NCBI GenBank assembly: GCA_010909165.1
Contig: VJWM01000284.1
Coordinates: forward strand, 66,488 to 130,487
Direction: 5' to 3'
Length of the DNA: 64,000 nucleotides
Source of the DNA: Anthoceros angustus
Lineage: Eukaryota > Plantae > Anthocerotophyta
Every line of letters starts with the position of its first letter. The stretch's first letter is position 1. The notes below the pieces were generated by a model that did not search any database, was not told where the DNA came from, and saw only the letters and a list, made by a program, of their open reading frames with translations. Made by a program: the position numbers and the translations under genes. Positions 38,122-50,539 of this stretch are shown here, piece after piece.

Positions 38122-40317
38122 TCACGGTCGGCCCTTACAACTGCAATAACCAGCTGCGAATCGATGCACACGGTATCCATCTCTTACAACAATGTCTCTT
38201 TGTTCAAGCCTTGACATTATCTCCGTGGAACTGTGGCAGTCACTGCACATGCGTAGATTCTTCGTTACCACCAGAGGTGTCCCACTCGGAGTGTTCAACA
38301 GACCAAACGCTAGAGCTAGCTTCTCAGCATGCCCACAAAGCACATCTTCCTTTTCCCTCTCAGACACTGGCTTCAGCACCAACTTTGTGTGAGGTACGTG
38401 GCCTCCTTCTTGCTTCACACGTGCATTTGTGCTCTCTACCTTAAGCGCAATATCCTCTCCTTTCTCCCACCAAATCTATGTACCTGCTTATTCACCTCAA
38501 TGGTCGCCACTGCAGGTTTCTTGTTAGCTCCTGCTGCCTTCTCTGTGTTTCAATCCTGTCTACATCGGTCCACCTACCTGCATCTGCGTAGGCATTGGCC
38601 ATGAGCACACGCAGACGCCTGTTGAGGTCCAGCCTAACAATGCTTTCAAAACACCATCGCCCTCTCTATCCCGTGACTTTTGCAGGCATTCAACAAAGAC
38701 GTCAAGCCCACAACATTACTTTGGCCCTCACATGATAATAGCATCTTCTCTGCCTCATCTAAATGGCCTGCACGCCCAAGAAGATCAATCATGCAAGGTA
38801 ATGCTCAATAGTAGGTTTTGATGCCATGCTGTTCAGCCATGGAATCAAAGTGCTTGCGACCCTCTGGACCAGTCCCTCATGACTGCATGCTACTAGAAGG
38901 CAAGTAAAGTAGCATCATTAGGCTGAATACCGGCAACTAACATCTCCTCAAAACAAGCTAGTGCCTTGTGACCTTCATCACAAGTACCATACCCAGATAT
39001 CAGGGCATTCCATGTCACCACATCCTTTGTGCCATGCTGTCAAAAACCTGGCGTGCATCTTCCAGTTCACCACATTTTGCATACATGTCCACCAGGCAGT
39101 TGCCACAGGCAGTTATCCAGCAGTCCTCTTTCGACAATCTGTGAGTGCAGCTGCCTGCCCTTCTGTAAGGCACCAGTGCTTGCACAGGCCTTCAGAAGGC
39201 AAGCAAAAGTAACATGGTCAGCCAAAATGAGGCCCTCCTCCTCCATTTGTCCATACACAAGCGCCTCTTGGCCGAGTCCTTGCTGTGCATACCCAGCAAT
39301 CAGGGCATTCCATGTCACCACATCCTTTGTGGCCATGCTGTCAAAAACCTGGCGTGCATCTTCCAGTTCACCACATTTTGCATACATGTCCACCAGGCAG
39401 TTGCCCACCATTACGTCAGCAGTCCTCTTTCGACAATCTGTGAGTGCAGCTGCCTGCCCTTCTGTAAGGCACCAGTGCTTGCACAGGCCTTCAGAAGGCA
39501 AGCAAAAGTAACATCAGCCAAAATGAGGCCTCCTCCTCCATTTGTCCATACAAGCGCCTCTTGGCGAGTCCTTGCTGGGCATACCCAGCTATCAGGGCGG
39601 TCCATGTCACCACATTCTTCGTGGCCATGCTGTCAAAAACCCGGCGTGCGTCTTCTAGTTCACCACATTTTGCATACATGTCCAACAGGCAGTTGCCCAC
39701 CACTACGTCATCCAGCACTCCTCTTTTGACAATCTGTGAGTGCAGCTGCTTGCCCTTCTGTAAGGCACCAGTGCTTCCACAGGCCTTCAGAAGGCAAACA
39801 AAAGTAACATCGTCAGCCAAAATGAGGCCTTCTTGCTCCATTTTTCCATACACAACAAGCGCCTCATGTAGCCTTGCATACCCAGCAATCAGGGCATTCC
39901 ATGTCACCACATCCTTTGTGCCATGCTGTCAAAAACCTGGCGTGCATCTTTCAGTTCACCACATTTTGCATACCCAGCAATCAGGGCATTCCATGTCACC
40001 ACATCCTTTGTGCTGTCAAAAACCTGGCGTGCATCTTCCAGTTCACCACATTTTGCATACATGTCCACCAGGCAGTTGCCAACAAGTTAGTGAATGCCAC
40101 TGTGCACCACATCACAGTGCACTTTTCTGCCAGATTCCAAGTCGGCAAATGCACAAGCTTGAAGGGCAGCAAAGACGTGAGCATCCGCCTTCACTCCTGA
40201 CCTACGCATCTCATGGTACAGTTGTATGGCCTCATTAGGTTTCCCATGCTTAGCGTATGCGGAGATTATGGAAGACCACATGAAGGCATCTGGTTTGCCC
40301 CTGGTGAACACATCCAT
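38122..40317 (-). pseudogene. 5'-truncated, frameshifted PLS-class PPR gene with DYW:KP (GRP) domain, embedded in the LTR structure
   Basis: Repeated P-L-S motifs (VVTWNALIAGYAQQG, HVTFACLLKACASTGAL, VGNCLVDMYAKCGELEDAR). C-terminus HAEKLA..CSDCH..SCKGRP. Confidence 0.92.
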
Positions 40318-43300
40318 GGCCCTCTTGGAATAGGTAGTGTAACAAACCTCTTGGTTTAGCCTGTTCTACCTTATCCTGGACAAACAGACATGCCTTGACA
40401 TAGTCTAATGTATCTTGATACATTCCTCGATAGCTTCTTCAACTTCTCATAAGTTGAATCACCTCCAGTGACCCGGCACATCATGACATTTGACATTCTT
40501 AACTTCTTCTTCAAGCCTACAGAGTTAGGAATCACAACTCTCTTCTGTTTGTATATCAACAAACCATCTCTGAGTTTGAACTTACTTCCTTTCTCTGCCA
40601 CCCCATTCATCCAGTCCTGCACTTCAGGATCTTGCAGATAAGCTTCCTTAATCTCTTTGTGAGTATCCACAGGCTCAATCACAGTTGCCATTGCCTTCAG
40701 TCCTTGACTGTTTGCGACTCAACGCATCTGCAACCTTATTCTCCTTTCCAGGTTTATATTTTAGAGTCACATCATACATAGCTAGGAAATCCTGCCATCT
40801 AGCTTGTCTGCATTCAACTTTGGTTGGAAGTATGTTATCTTGATATTATCTGACAAAAGACCTACCAAGAGATAGTGCCTCCAAGCCTTTAGGCGGTGGA
40901 TGGCGGTCATTTCCTTCTCATAGGTGGGATACTTCATCTCATAAGGATGCAACTTCCTTGACTCAAAAGCTAACGGCTTTTGGTCCCATCAAAACTCCAC
41001 CTATAGCCATGTCAGGCATCACACTTCTACATCTTTCTTGGGGTCATACATTCCCAACAGGAGTAGTACTCAACTTCTCTTTCAAGTATTCAAAGGCTTG
41101 ACAATCGGCATCCCACTTCCAAGCTTTTGATGTCTTCAAGAGGTCGATTATGGGGCGCTATCTTAGCAAACATATGTACAAACCTCACACGAAGCCAAAC
41201 CCATAAAGCTCAGTACCTCATGAATGTTCCGAGGCCAATCTTGAATGGCTTTAACTTTATCGGGATCCATCACGATGCCCTCGAGACAATAAAACCTAAG
41301 AATGGAATCTCTCTTGGCGAAATCACACTTCTTGATTGCCAAGAACAAAGAATTCTCTCTTAGCTTTTGTAACACTTCTCTTAAGTGTTGACATGTTCCT
41401 CAAGGTATGGCTAAAGATCAAAATGTCATCCGGATAGATTACAACACACTTGTCCACGGATCTATGAATATAGTATTCATAAGTGTATGAAATGTGCATT
41501 AAGTAAGTCCAAATGGCATGACCAAAATTCAAAAGCCCCATACGGTCCTACAAGCTTTGTACTCATGCCCTCGATCCGATGATAGTACCACATCGGATCC
41601 GACAGTGAAATACTTGGCACCCTTCAACTGTCAACATATCATCCATTCTAGGCAAAGGATATGCATTCTTGATTGTAATCGATTCGAGCTCGTAATCCGG
41701 ACACAATCGAGTCCTCCATTCTTTTTCTTGGCGTGAACAATACAGCGCAAAGGAGACTTAGAAACTCGACATATCCCTTTGCCAGGGTTGGATAGTTGTC
41801 GCTTGAGTTCTTGCAACTCATCATGACAATCTATACGGTGCTCTTGAAGGAGGCGTACTCACGGCTTCAAGTCAATCTCATGATCTACTACTGCGAGGCG
41901 GCAATGGTGGCAACTCATCGGCATCAAATCCTTGAACTCATCCTTGTACTTCTTTTGGGATGTCTTTCACCTCATGGAATCTTCTTCTAGACCATCCTCT
42001 AGTCCTTGAGTACAACTAAGTATAGCTCCTTCTTTTCCGAGATCCTTCTTAAGCTCTCTTTTGAAATGTCTTGATGGAGTCTCAAGCTTGCTAACACTAG
42101 CACAACTCACCTTGTGCTTCTTGGATATCTCAATAGTGCGAGACTTAACATCCATATACACTTCATTGGATCTCATCCACTCCGGGCCTAAGATGATATC
42201 ATGGTCATCCATCTCGGCGTGAAACTCTCATTTCCTTGCCATGCTTCAACTTGCAGCTTTACTCCATGCAATTCGAGTGCAGTCCCTTTAGCTTGCTTGA
42301 TTCCATATGGCGTGGAAGTTTGTCCATTCAAGACCAAGCTCTCTTGCCTTACTAGGAGTTATAAAATTGTGGGTGGTGCGAATCCAACAACAACTCTACA
42401 TCTAAGCCATTCATCTTCCCACATATATACATGAGATCTCCACCTTTCCTCATTATAGTGTCATCCTTGACACTAGATGACTCACCACATGTCTTCACAA
42501 CATGTGGCCCAGCGTCACTGGGCTCCTCGGGAAGTTCTTGAATCCGGCTCTTGGAGCAGGTGGATTGGGCAACAAATTCAAGTTGGGAGCTCCAACATGT
42601 GGACAATTCTAGCAAAGTGTCACTTCTCCATAGTAACACACACACAGCTAGGCAGCATTCGCGTCTTCCACGACCCTGTTATCTCCTCTAGCTCGGCCTC
42701 TGGTAGTCTCATTGGTTCCACTATTCAGTGGTGGTGGCTCGTCCTCTCCTCTAGATCTACACGAGACCTAGGATATCTTCCTCTTGATACTGGTGCCTCT
42801 TGAATAAACATATCCGGTATAGCATCTGCGCCATGGCCTCTTGCAGTGTTTGAGGATTAGTCAAAGCTATCCTATTTTGAGCCCATCTCTTAAGGCCGTG
42901 ATAAACTTGTGGAGTTTGTCCGCTCATGCATCTCTGGACATTGCAAGACAATAGAGCTAAACTCACTCACATACTCCCAAAGTTCCGGTATGCTTGACAT
43001 TGTCGAGCATCCTTGAACTCATTGCATTAGCGGGTTGGAAAGCGGAGTTGCGGCGCTTGAAGTCCGCCCATGTGAAGATTGTGGCTCTGCGATTGCCTTG
43101 CCTTACGTTCTCAGCGTAAGTCCTCCACCAAGTAAGAGCATAATCCTCTAAGAAATTCGTGGCGTGCTTGTGCTCATCTTGCGGCACTCATGATTCAGTC
43201 CAAAGAAAAACCAAGAGCGATTTTCTCGTCACGCTCGCCTTTATAAGTCTTTGGGGCTGTGCTCACCTCAACTAGACTTTTGGCGGTGCTCTGCTCGCTC

Positions 43301-43569
43301 CACTTCTTGGCTCTTCTTCAACGAGCTTTCGCCTTTAATCTCGATCCATGGCATCAAGTCTCCTCATGATCTTTTGGAGTGGTCCTCTATGGTGGTGGGT
43401 CCTCTGCTCAAGTTCCTTCCTCCATTCTCACAACTTGCGGACTGTGGCTCTTCCACGGCCCCGGGGGCCTTATCTTTCCGTGCCTTTCCACTCTACTTGG
43501 CTCGTGAGGATCGCCATCTCCACTAGCGTACTAGTCAAAGATGCTTCAACCTATGCTCACGATACCACA
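40318..43569 (-). mobile_element. Second chromovirus internal copy (gag to integrase N-terminus), truncated at the PPR junction
   Basis: Colinear copy of ~34010-37272; PBS at 43567-43555; ends at PIPRGPW, just before the integrase core. Confidence 0.9.
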
Positions 43570-44128
43570 AGTAACACCCTCAGCAGGGTGGGGAAAACCA
43601 CGATTAGAAGCAAACTAGGGTAATAAATCAACACGGACCCTAGGCCTCCAAGTAGCCGCCCTCCTCTTCTAGGAGGACTCGCAGAAGCACTCTTGCACTC
43701 TTTATTCTTAGATCACGAGTCAACAAGAACATACAGGTGGAGGGCTAGAGAACTCCCCATCTTTGCCTAAGCTAGGAGCTTAGCTCTCTCTTCACTTGAC
43801 CTCCTCCACAAAGCTCCTTCACGGCCTCCCCTTGGGTGCTCCGCCCAAGCAACAAGTGCTCTCAAGGCATAGCCCAAGCATCAAGTGCTCTCAAGGCGCA
43901 ACCCAAGCAACAAGTGCTCTCAAGGTTGAACGCTCTTTAGCCGGGCGAGGTCTCCTTTATACTCAAGCCCTAGCTACAATCTTAGTAACTACTTACTTAA
44001 GCTTTAAGCTATTATTTACTACCACACTTCCTAGGGCTGCATGCTTAACATGCTCTTAGTAAGCTGCTCTTCTAAACATGCCTCTGCATGGAGCTTTCTT
44101 GCAAAGCACTCAAGCCAGCTTTGTTACT
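43570..44128 (-). mobile_element. LTR 3 (5' LTR)
   Basis: AGTAAC...GTTACT followed by CATAG (44129-44133), matching the sequence left of LTR 1. Confidence 0.9.
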
Positions 44129-44330
44129 CATAGACTAAAATGAGTAGGTGTTCTGTTCTGTAGCATTCTCACGATTCACGAATCGAGCTCTTATTAAAAA
44201 TAATAATGCGAAAGAACGAACGTACATTCTGATGTCATGAAGAGAATGGAGGATCTATGTTCACATCCCGCTCCACGTTAGCACTTGCAGTTGCCCTACG
44301 CTGTCCCAGTTGTCGCTCCAGGCCGAGGGG

Positions 44331-46715
44331 ATGCGTCGGCGGGGACTGTTGTGGACCCAAAAAATTGGTGTTTGTACAGGGATTCTACGAGGAGCTCCCG
44401 CTCACCTCACTTCTGGGAGTCAACCCCTTGCAAACCACCAAGCCTCCAGGTGCAGCAGTTTAAGGAGCCCAGCATTTCCACTTTTTAGAAAATGTGTGGG
44501 TGTGGACGGGTTATCCTGCGATGGTCGTCGCCACGAGCAGGAGCACTTGTGGGAACAATTTTTTTTGGACCCTACCATGTGGTGGGACAACAGACGAGAT
44601 AAGTATAGCTCCCGTTCGCCTGACTTCCGGCGTAAGGGGTCCGGCGAGGTGCTGTGGTTAAATAGCATGTTTAAGCCAGCTTGGGTTGATGAGCAGCTCG
44701 TTTCCTTGGATATGCAGATGGGTCATGGTGCCTCTCCTTCCGGGTCCAGCTTTTCAGGCAAGCCTGAACCTGGCAGGCATGCAGGATCGGAAATGGGACT
44801 CGTTACGGCTGTAACCGTGAGCATGTTATGTCAGGAGGGGAAGCTTTCTGAGGCCGTTGAAGCCCTGGAATCCCTGGCGCTGGCACACTCTGCTATTTCT
44901 CAGTCTCTGTTTTACACTGTGCTGAAATTGTGTACAGCTAAGAAGGATCTGGTTGTGGGGCGACGAGTTCATGACCTCACTGTCAAATTCGGGTACGAGT
45001 CGGATGCATACTTGGGGAATCATATCTTGCGCATGTATGCATGCGGGGGTAGTCTGCAGGAGGCCATGGATGTGTTCACCAGGGTGGGCAAACCGAATGT
45101 CTTCATGTGGTTTTCCATAATCTCTGCGTATGCTAAGCATGGAAAACCTAACGAGGCCATACAACTGTACCATGAGATGCGTAGATCAGGAGTGAAGGCA
45201 GATGCGCACGTCTTTCTAGCTGCCCTTCAAGCATGTGCATTTGCCGCCGACTTGGAGTCTGGCAGAAAGGTGCATTGTGATGTATTGCACAGTGGCATTC
45301 CTGTTAACTTGTTCGTTGGCACCTGCCTGGTGGACATGTATGCAAAATGTGGCGAACTGAAAGATGCACGCCAGGTTTTTGACAGCATGAACACAAAGGA
45401 TGTGGTGACATGGAATGCCTTGATTGCTGGGTATGCAAAATTTGGCGAACTGGAAGATGCACGCCGGGTTTTTGACAGCATGAACACAAAGGATGTGGTC
45501 ACTTGGACGACGCTGATTGCTGGGTATGCACAGCAAGACCTAGGACATGAGGCGCTTGTTCTGTATGGACAAATGGAGAAGGAGGGCCTCATTTTGGCTG
45601 ATCATGTTACTTTTGCTTGCCTTCTGAAGGCCTGTGCAAGCACTGGTGCCTTACAGAAGGGCAGGCAGCTGCACTCACAGATTGTGGGAAGCGGACTGCT
45701 GGACAGTGTACTAGTGGGCAACTGCCTGGTGGAAATGTATGCAAAATGTGGTGAACTTGAAAATGCACGCCAGGTGTTTGACAGCATGGCCACAAAGGAC
45801 GTGGTGACATGGACCGCCCTCATATCTGGGTATGGTACTTGTGATGAAGGTCACAAGGCACTAGCTTGTTTTGAGGAGATGTTAGTTGCCGGTATTCAGC
45901 CTGATGGTGCTACGTTTACTTGCCTCTTAGTTGCATGCAGTCATGAGGGACTGGTCCAGGAGGGTCGCAAGCACTTTTATTCCATGGCTCAACAGCATGG
46001 CATCAAACCTACAATTGAGCATTACACCTGTATGATTGATCTTCTTGGACGCGCGGGCCATTTACTTGAGGCTGAGAAGATGCTAATGTCATGTGAGGGC
46101 CAAAGTGATGTCGTGGGGTTGATGTCTTTGCTGAATTCCTGCAAAAGTTATGGGGATATAGCGAGGGCGACGTGGTGTTTTGAAAGCATTGTTAGGCTGG
46201 ACCCCCTTCAGGCGCCCCCATACGTGCTTATGGCCAATGCCTATGCAGATGCAGGCAGGTGGACCGATGTAGACAGGATCGAAACACAGAGACGGGCAGC
46301 AGGAGCTAACAAGAAACCTGCAGTGGCAAGCATTGAGGTGAATAAGGAGGTACATAGATTTGTGGTGGGAGAAAGGAGAGAAGATATTGTGTTCAAGGTA
46401 GATAGCATGAATGCCCGTCTGAAGCAGGAAGGAGGCCACGTTCCTCGCACAAAGTTGGTGTTGAAGCCACTGTGTGAGAAGGAAAAGGAAGATGTGCTTT
46501 GTGGGCATGCTGAAAAGCTAGCTCTGGCCTTTGGTCTCTTGAACACTCCGAGTGGGACACCTCTGGTGGTAACGAAGAATCTGCGCATGTGCAGTGATTG
46601 CCACAGTTCCACGGAGATCATGTCAAGGCTTGAACAGAGAGACATTGTTGTAAGGGATGGCTACCGTGTGCATCGATTCGCAGCTGGTTGTTGTAGTTGT
46701 AAAGGTCGACCATGA
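44331..46715 (+). CDS. PLS-class PPR protein with E1/E2 and DYW:KP (GRP) domain, putative organellar U-to-C editing factor, with an N-terminal OSB-type PDF motif
   Basis: Intronless intact ORF, first ATG at 44331. Transit-peptide-like start; WWDNR..SPDF..GEVLWL; 12 PLS motifs; KPAVASIEV, HAEKLA, CSDCH and terminal GRP. Confidence 0.95.
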   Translation: MRRRGLLWTQKIGVCTGILRGAPAHLTSGSQPLANHQASRCSSLRSPAFPLFRKCVGVDGLSCDGRRHEQEHLWEQFFLDPTMWWDNRRDKYSSRSPDFRRKGSGEVLWLNSMFKPAWVDEQLVSLDMQMGHGASPSGSSFSGKPEPGRHAGSEMGLVTAVTVSMLCQEGKLSEAVEALESLALAHSAISQSLFYTVLKLCTAKKDLVVGRRVHDLTVKFGYESDAYLGNHILRMYACGGSLQEAMDVFTRVGKPNVFMWFSIISAYAKHGKPNEAIQLYHEMRRSGVKADAHVFLAALQACAFAADLESGRKVHCDVLHSGIPVNLFVGTCLVDMYAKCGELKDARQVFDSMNTKDVVTWNALIAGYAKFGELEDARRVFDSMNTKDVVTWTTLIAGYAQQDLGHEALVLYGQMEKEGLILADHVTFACLLKACASTGALQKGRQLHSQIVGSGLLDSVLVGNCLVEMYAKCGELENARQVFDSMATKDVVTWTALISGYGTCDEGHKALACFEEMLVAGIQPDGATFTCLLVACSHEGLVQEGRKHFYSMAQQHGIKPTIEHYTCMIDLLGRAGHLLEAEKMLMSCEGQSDVVGLMSLLNSCKSYGDIARATWCFESIVRLDPLQAPPYVLMANAYADAGRWTDVDRIETQRRAAGANKKPAVASIEVNKEVHRFVVGERREDIVFKVDSMNARLKQEGGHVPRTKLVLKPLCEKEKEDVLCGHAEKLALAFGLLNTPSGTPLVVTKNLRMCSDCHSSTEIMSRLEQRDIVVRDGYRVHRFAAGCCSCKGRP

Positions 46716-47233
46716 GAAAAATGAAATCTACCCTGTGCGCGAATAAAGGATGACTACCCAGTACTGAAGTGTGTAAAGCAGAGAAAATGGCCTTTTTCAG
46801 TCTAACTGTCCATGCTCCGGAACCTCTACGATTAGATGCTGCGCGATTTATTTCTGCTGTAACATTCTTGTAATCTCTGAAGGCCAGAAATGACATGTAC
46901 GCGTGGTACCGTGAGCTCAGGAACTTTTAGACTGGTTGAACAACGGTATGGTTCTTAAACATATCACATTTTAGCACCCACATCTACATATGTACACACA
47001 CCAGGTAACGAGTATGAAGAGGGAGATCTTGCTTCATAACTCAAAACAGACACAACGAAGCTTCACCACTGAAGGTAAACAAAAATCTCACCTTCCCAAG
47101 GATTGGAAGATCAGGATCCAGCAACGAGTTCCCAGGTGCAACTTCCGTTCAGAAATTTATCAACAGGCCATTTTCACATCCATCAAACAAATTCACTATT
47201 CGGAGGCCATTTGCATGAACCTCCTCTTCCAGT

Positions 47234-48694
<1,461 letters not shown>

Positions 48695-48762
48695 CTACAG
48701 CACGCAACCACTCTCCGGAGTCAACCAGATTTAACACACATGGTTTACAGCCCTAAGGGCCC

Positions 48763-48768
48763 TTTATA
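48763..48768 (-). promoter_or_regulatory. Probable TATA box of polyubiquitin
   Basis: TATAAA on the minus strand in a GC-rich context ~155 bp upstream of the ATG. Confidence 0.55.
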
Positions 48769-49436
48769 TGGGGGAGTGCGCTACACTACGTACCTAAGCA
48801 GGAACGTAGAGAAAGTTTTTTTAATATTTTTAAACTCTGACTTAAAATTTTAAAATAATAATTAAAATATTTATAGACACACTTTTAATTTAATATGTAA
48901 ATTAAATTATGTTGTCACAAGCTTATGGATTCCTAACAATTCTACATCTTTCTTATGCTTAGCGTTTTTTTTGCCTAGTATAATATTTGGTCAAGACATC
49001 TATTGGTGGGACAATATCTACTCCAATTTTATCTTTTCATATTATTTATTTTATGATTTTACCTTTTTTCATATAAATGATGCTTCGATTGATGGTCTTC
49101 TTGTGAAATGTAGCATGCTTGGTTAAAAAATGAGAACTTGATTGTCATTCAAGAGGGTTGTTGGTGCCCTCCTTAGGGCTGTCCTTTTTTTTTTTGTTTG
49201 AGGTGTATGTGATTTCACATCCCTTTTTCTTATGTAAAGCCTCCGGTTCCATTCTTTCTAAGTATTTGAATCTCAAATCTTCATAAAAAGTTTACGATTA
49301 AATTATTTTAATAGTTGGAGAATAATTATATAATAATTTATGACATGTTTTACAAAGAATGTTACATCTAGATTACCTACATCAACCCTCGTTATGCTGG
49401 AAAAACCTTATTTTTTTTGCGGAATAAAGTGTAGAA

Positions 49437-49615
49437 TCACCCATGGGATTTGAACCCACGCCCTTTTGTACTTGCAAAAACGTGATAGTAGGCCACTATA
49501 AAATCACACTTGGGGTTTGAACCCACACCTTTTTGAATTTGCACAAACCTTATAGGAGGCCAGTATAAAATCACAAATGGGATTTGAACCCATGCCTTTT
49601 TGGACTTGCAAAAGT
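49437..49615 (-). repeat. Three ~66-bp tandem units derived from a tRNA 3' half (Leu-like variable arm and T arm)
   Basis: Each unit reads AAAAGGGCGTGGGTTCAAATCCCA-like on the minus strand. Confidence 0.6.
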
Positions 49616-49736
49616 TGTCATGGCAAGTAAGTATCATGTAGCATTTTACAACTTGGTTAATACCAAGGCTATATGTAAAGAAAAGAATAACAGGAGCAAG
49701 CCTCGAGCGAGCAAAGAAATTCTCCCTTTAAATTAG

Positions 49737-49799
49737 TGTCAGATTGAACCTATGCCCCTTTCAAACCAGATGCCTTTAGACCAAGGTGGCCATCCTAAC
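49737..49799 (-). pseudogene. tRNA-Leu-like pseudogene lacking the anticodon arm
   Basis: GTTAGGATGGCC..TTGGTCTAAAGGC..GGGGCATAGGTTCAATCTGACA resembles plant tRNA-Leu ends, with internal deletions. Confidence 0.55.
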
Positions 49800-50539
49800 C
49801 TCACCCTGGAACATATGAACCCAATCATCAGCCAATACTTACATTGCATTCTACATATGTACAACAATATATATATGTGTGTCCAAATGGCTTATTCCAA
49901 ATGTACATGCGGGAAAAGAAGGGAAAAACCCATCCACCCCAAAAACAAAGGGGGAAAAACCAAACGAAGGGCACCATGCCAAGGGGACTAGCCCCCACGA
50001 TCACAAATTTCAAAACTACCGACCGCCCGAAGAACTTTGTGGTCAGGGAAGTGAAAAGGCCTACTTACCACAGGTGTTGAAGAAGCTGTATCTCTTGTGC
50101 TCGCTGTCGTTCTTTACACTGCGTTGGCCAACGCCTTCTGCAGAGCGATGTAAACCCTCTTGCCGGAAGAAAGCAACAAAACAAGAAAGGGGGAGGCCAA
50201 CCCCATTCTTGCGGTTGTGATAAGCCTTGGCGCAGGTCGAACCTAGAGAAATCCTTGCCCATGGCTCTGTGAATCTAGATGGTAAGGGGAATGAAGGTGT
50301 GGCCGTCTTGCATAGGAGAGTACTTTGTGGACCTTAGCTGTCGCGCATTCCAAATGGACACACATTTATAATATAGATACCTAGATGGGGTGCCTAGGGA
50401 GTGGATGCCTTGGTACTAGTAGCTTAGGCACACCATGGCATACGTTGTCGAGTGCCAAAGTCTTAAGGATAGGAAAATTGGATCCAGGTGGACTAAAATA
50501 GACTTTTTTTCAATTAGGTTATTCGAGTCTACTAGGTAA

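Noticed and set aside
49737-49799. Functional tRNA
   Set aside because: The anticodon arm and part of the T/acceptor region are missing.
49800-50460. Possible LINE 3' end
   Set aside because: Only a vague HLECATAK resemblance; too weak to call.
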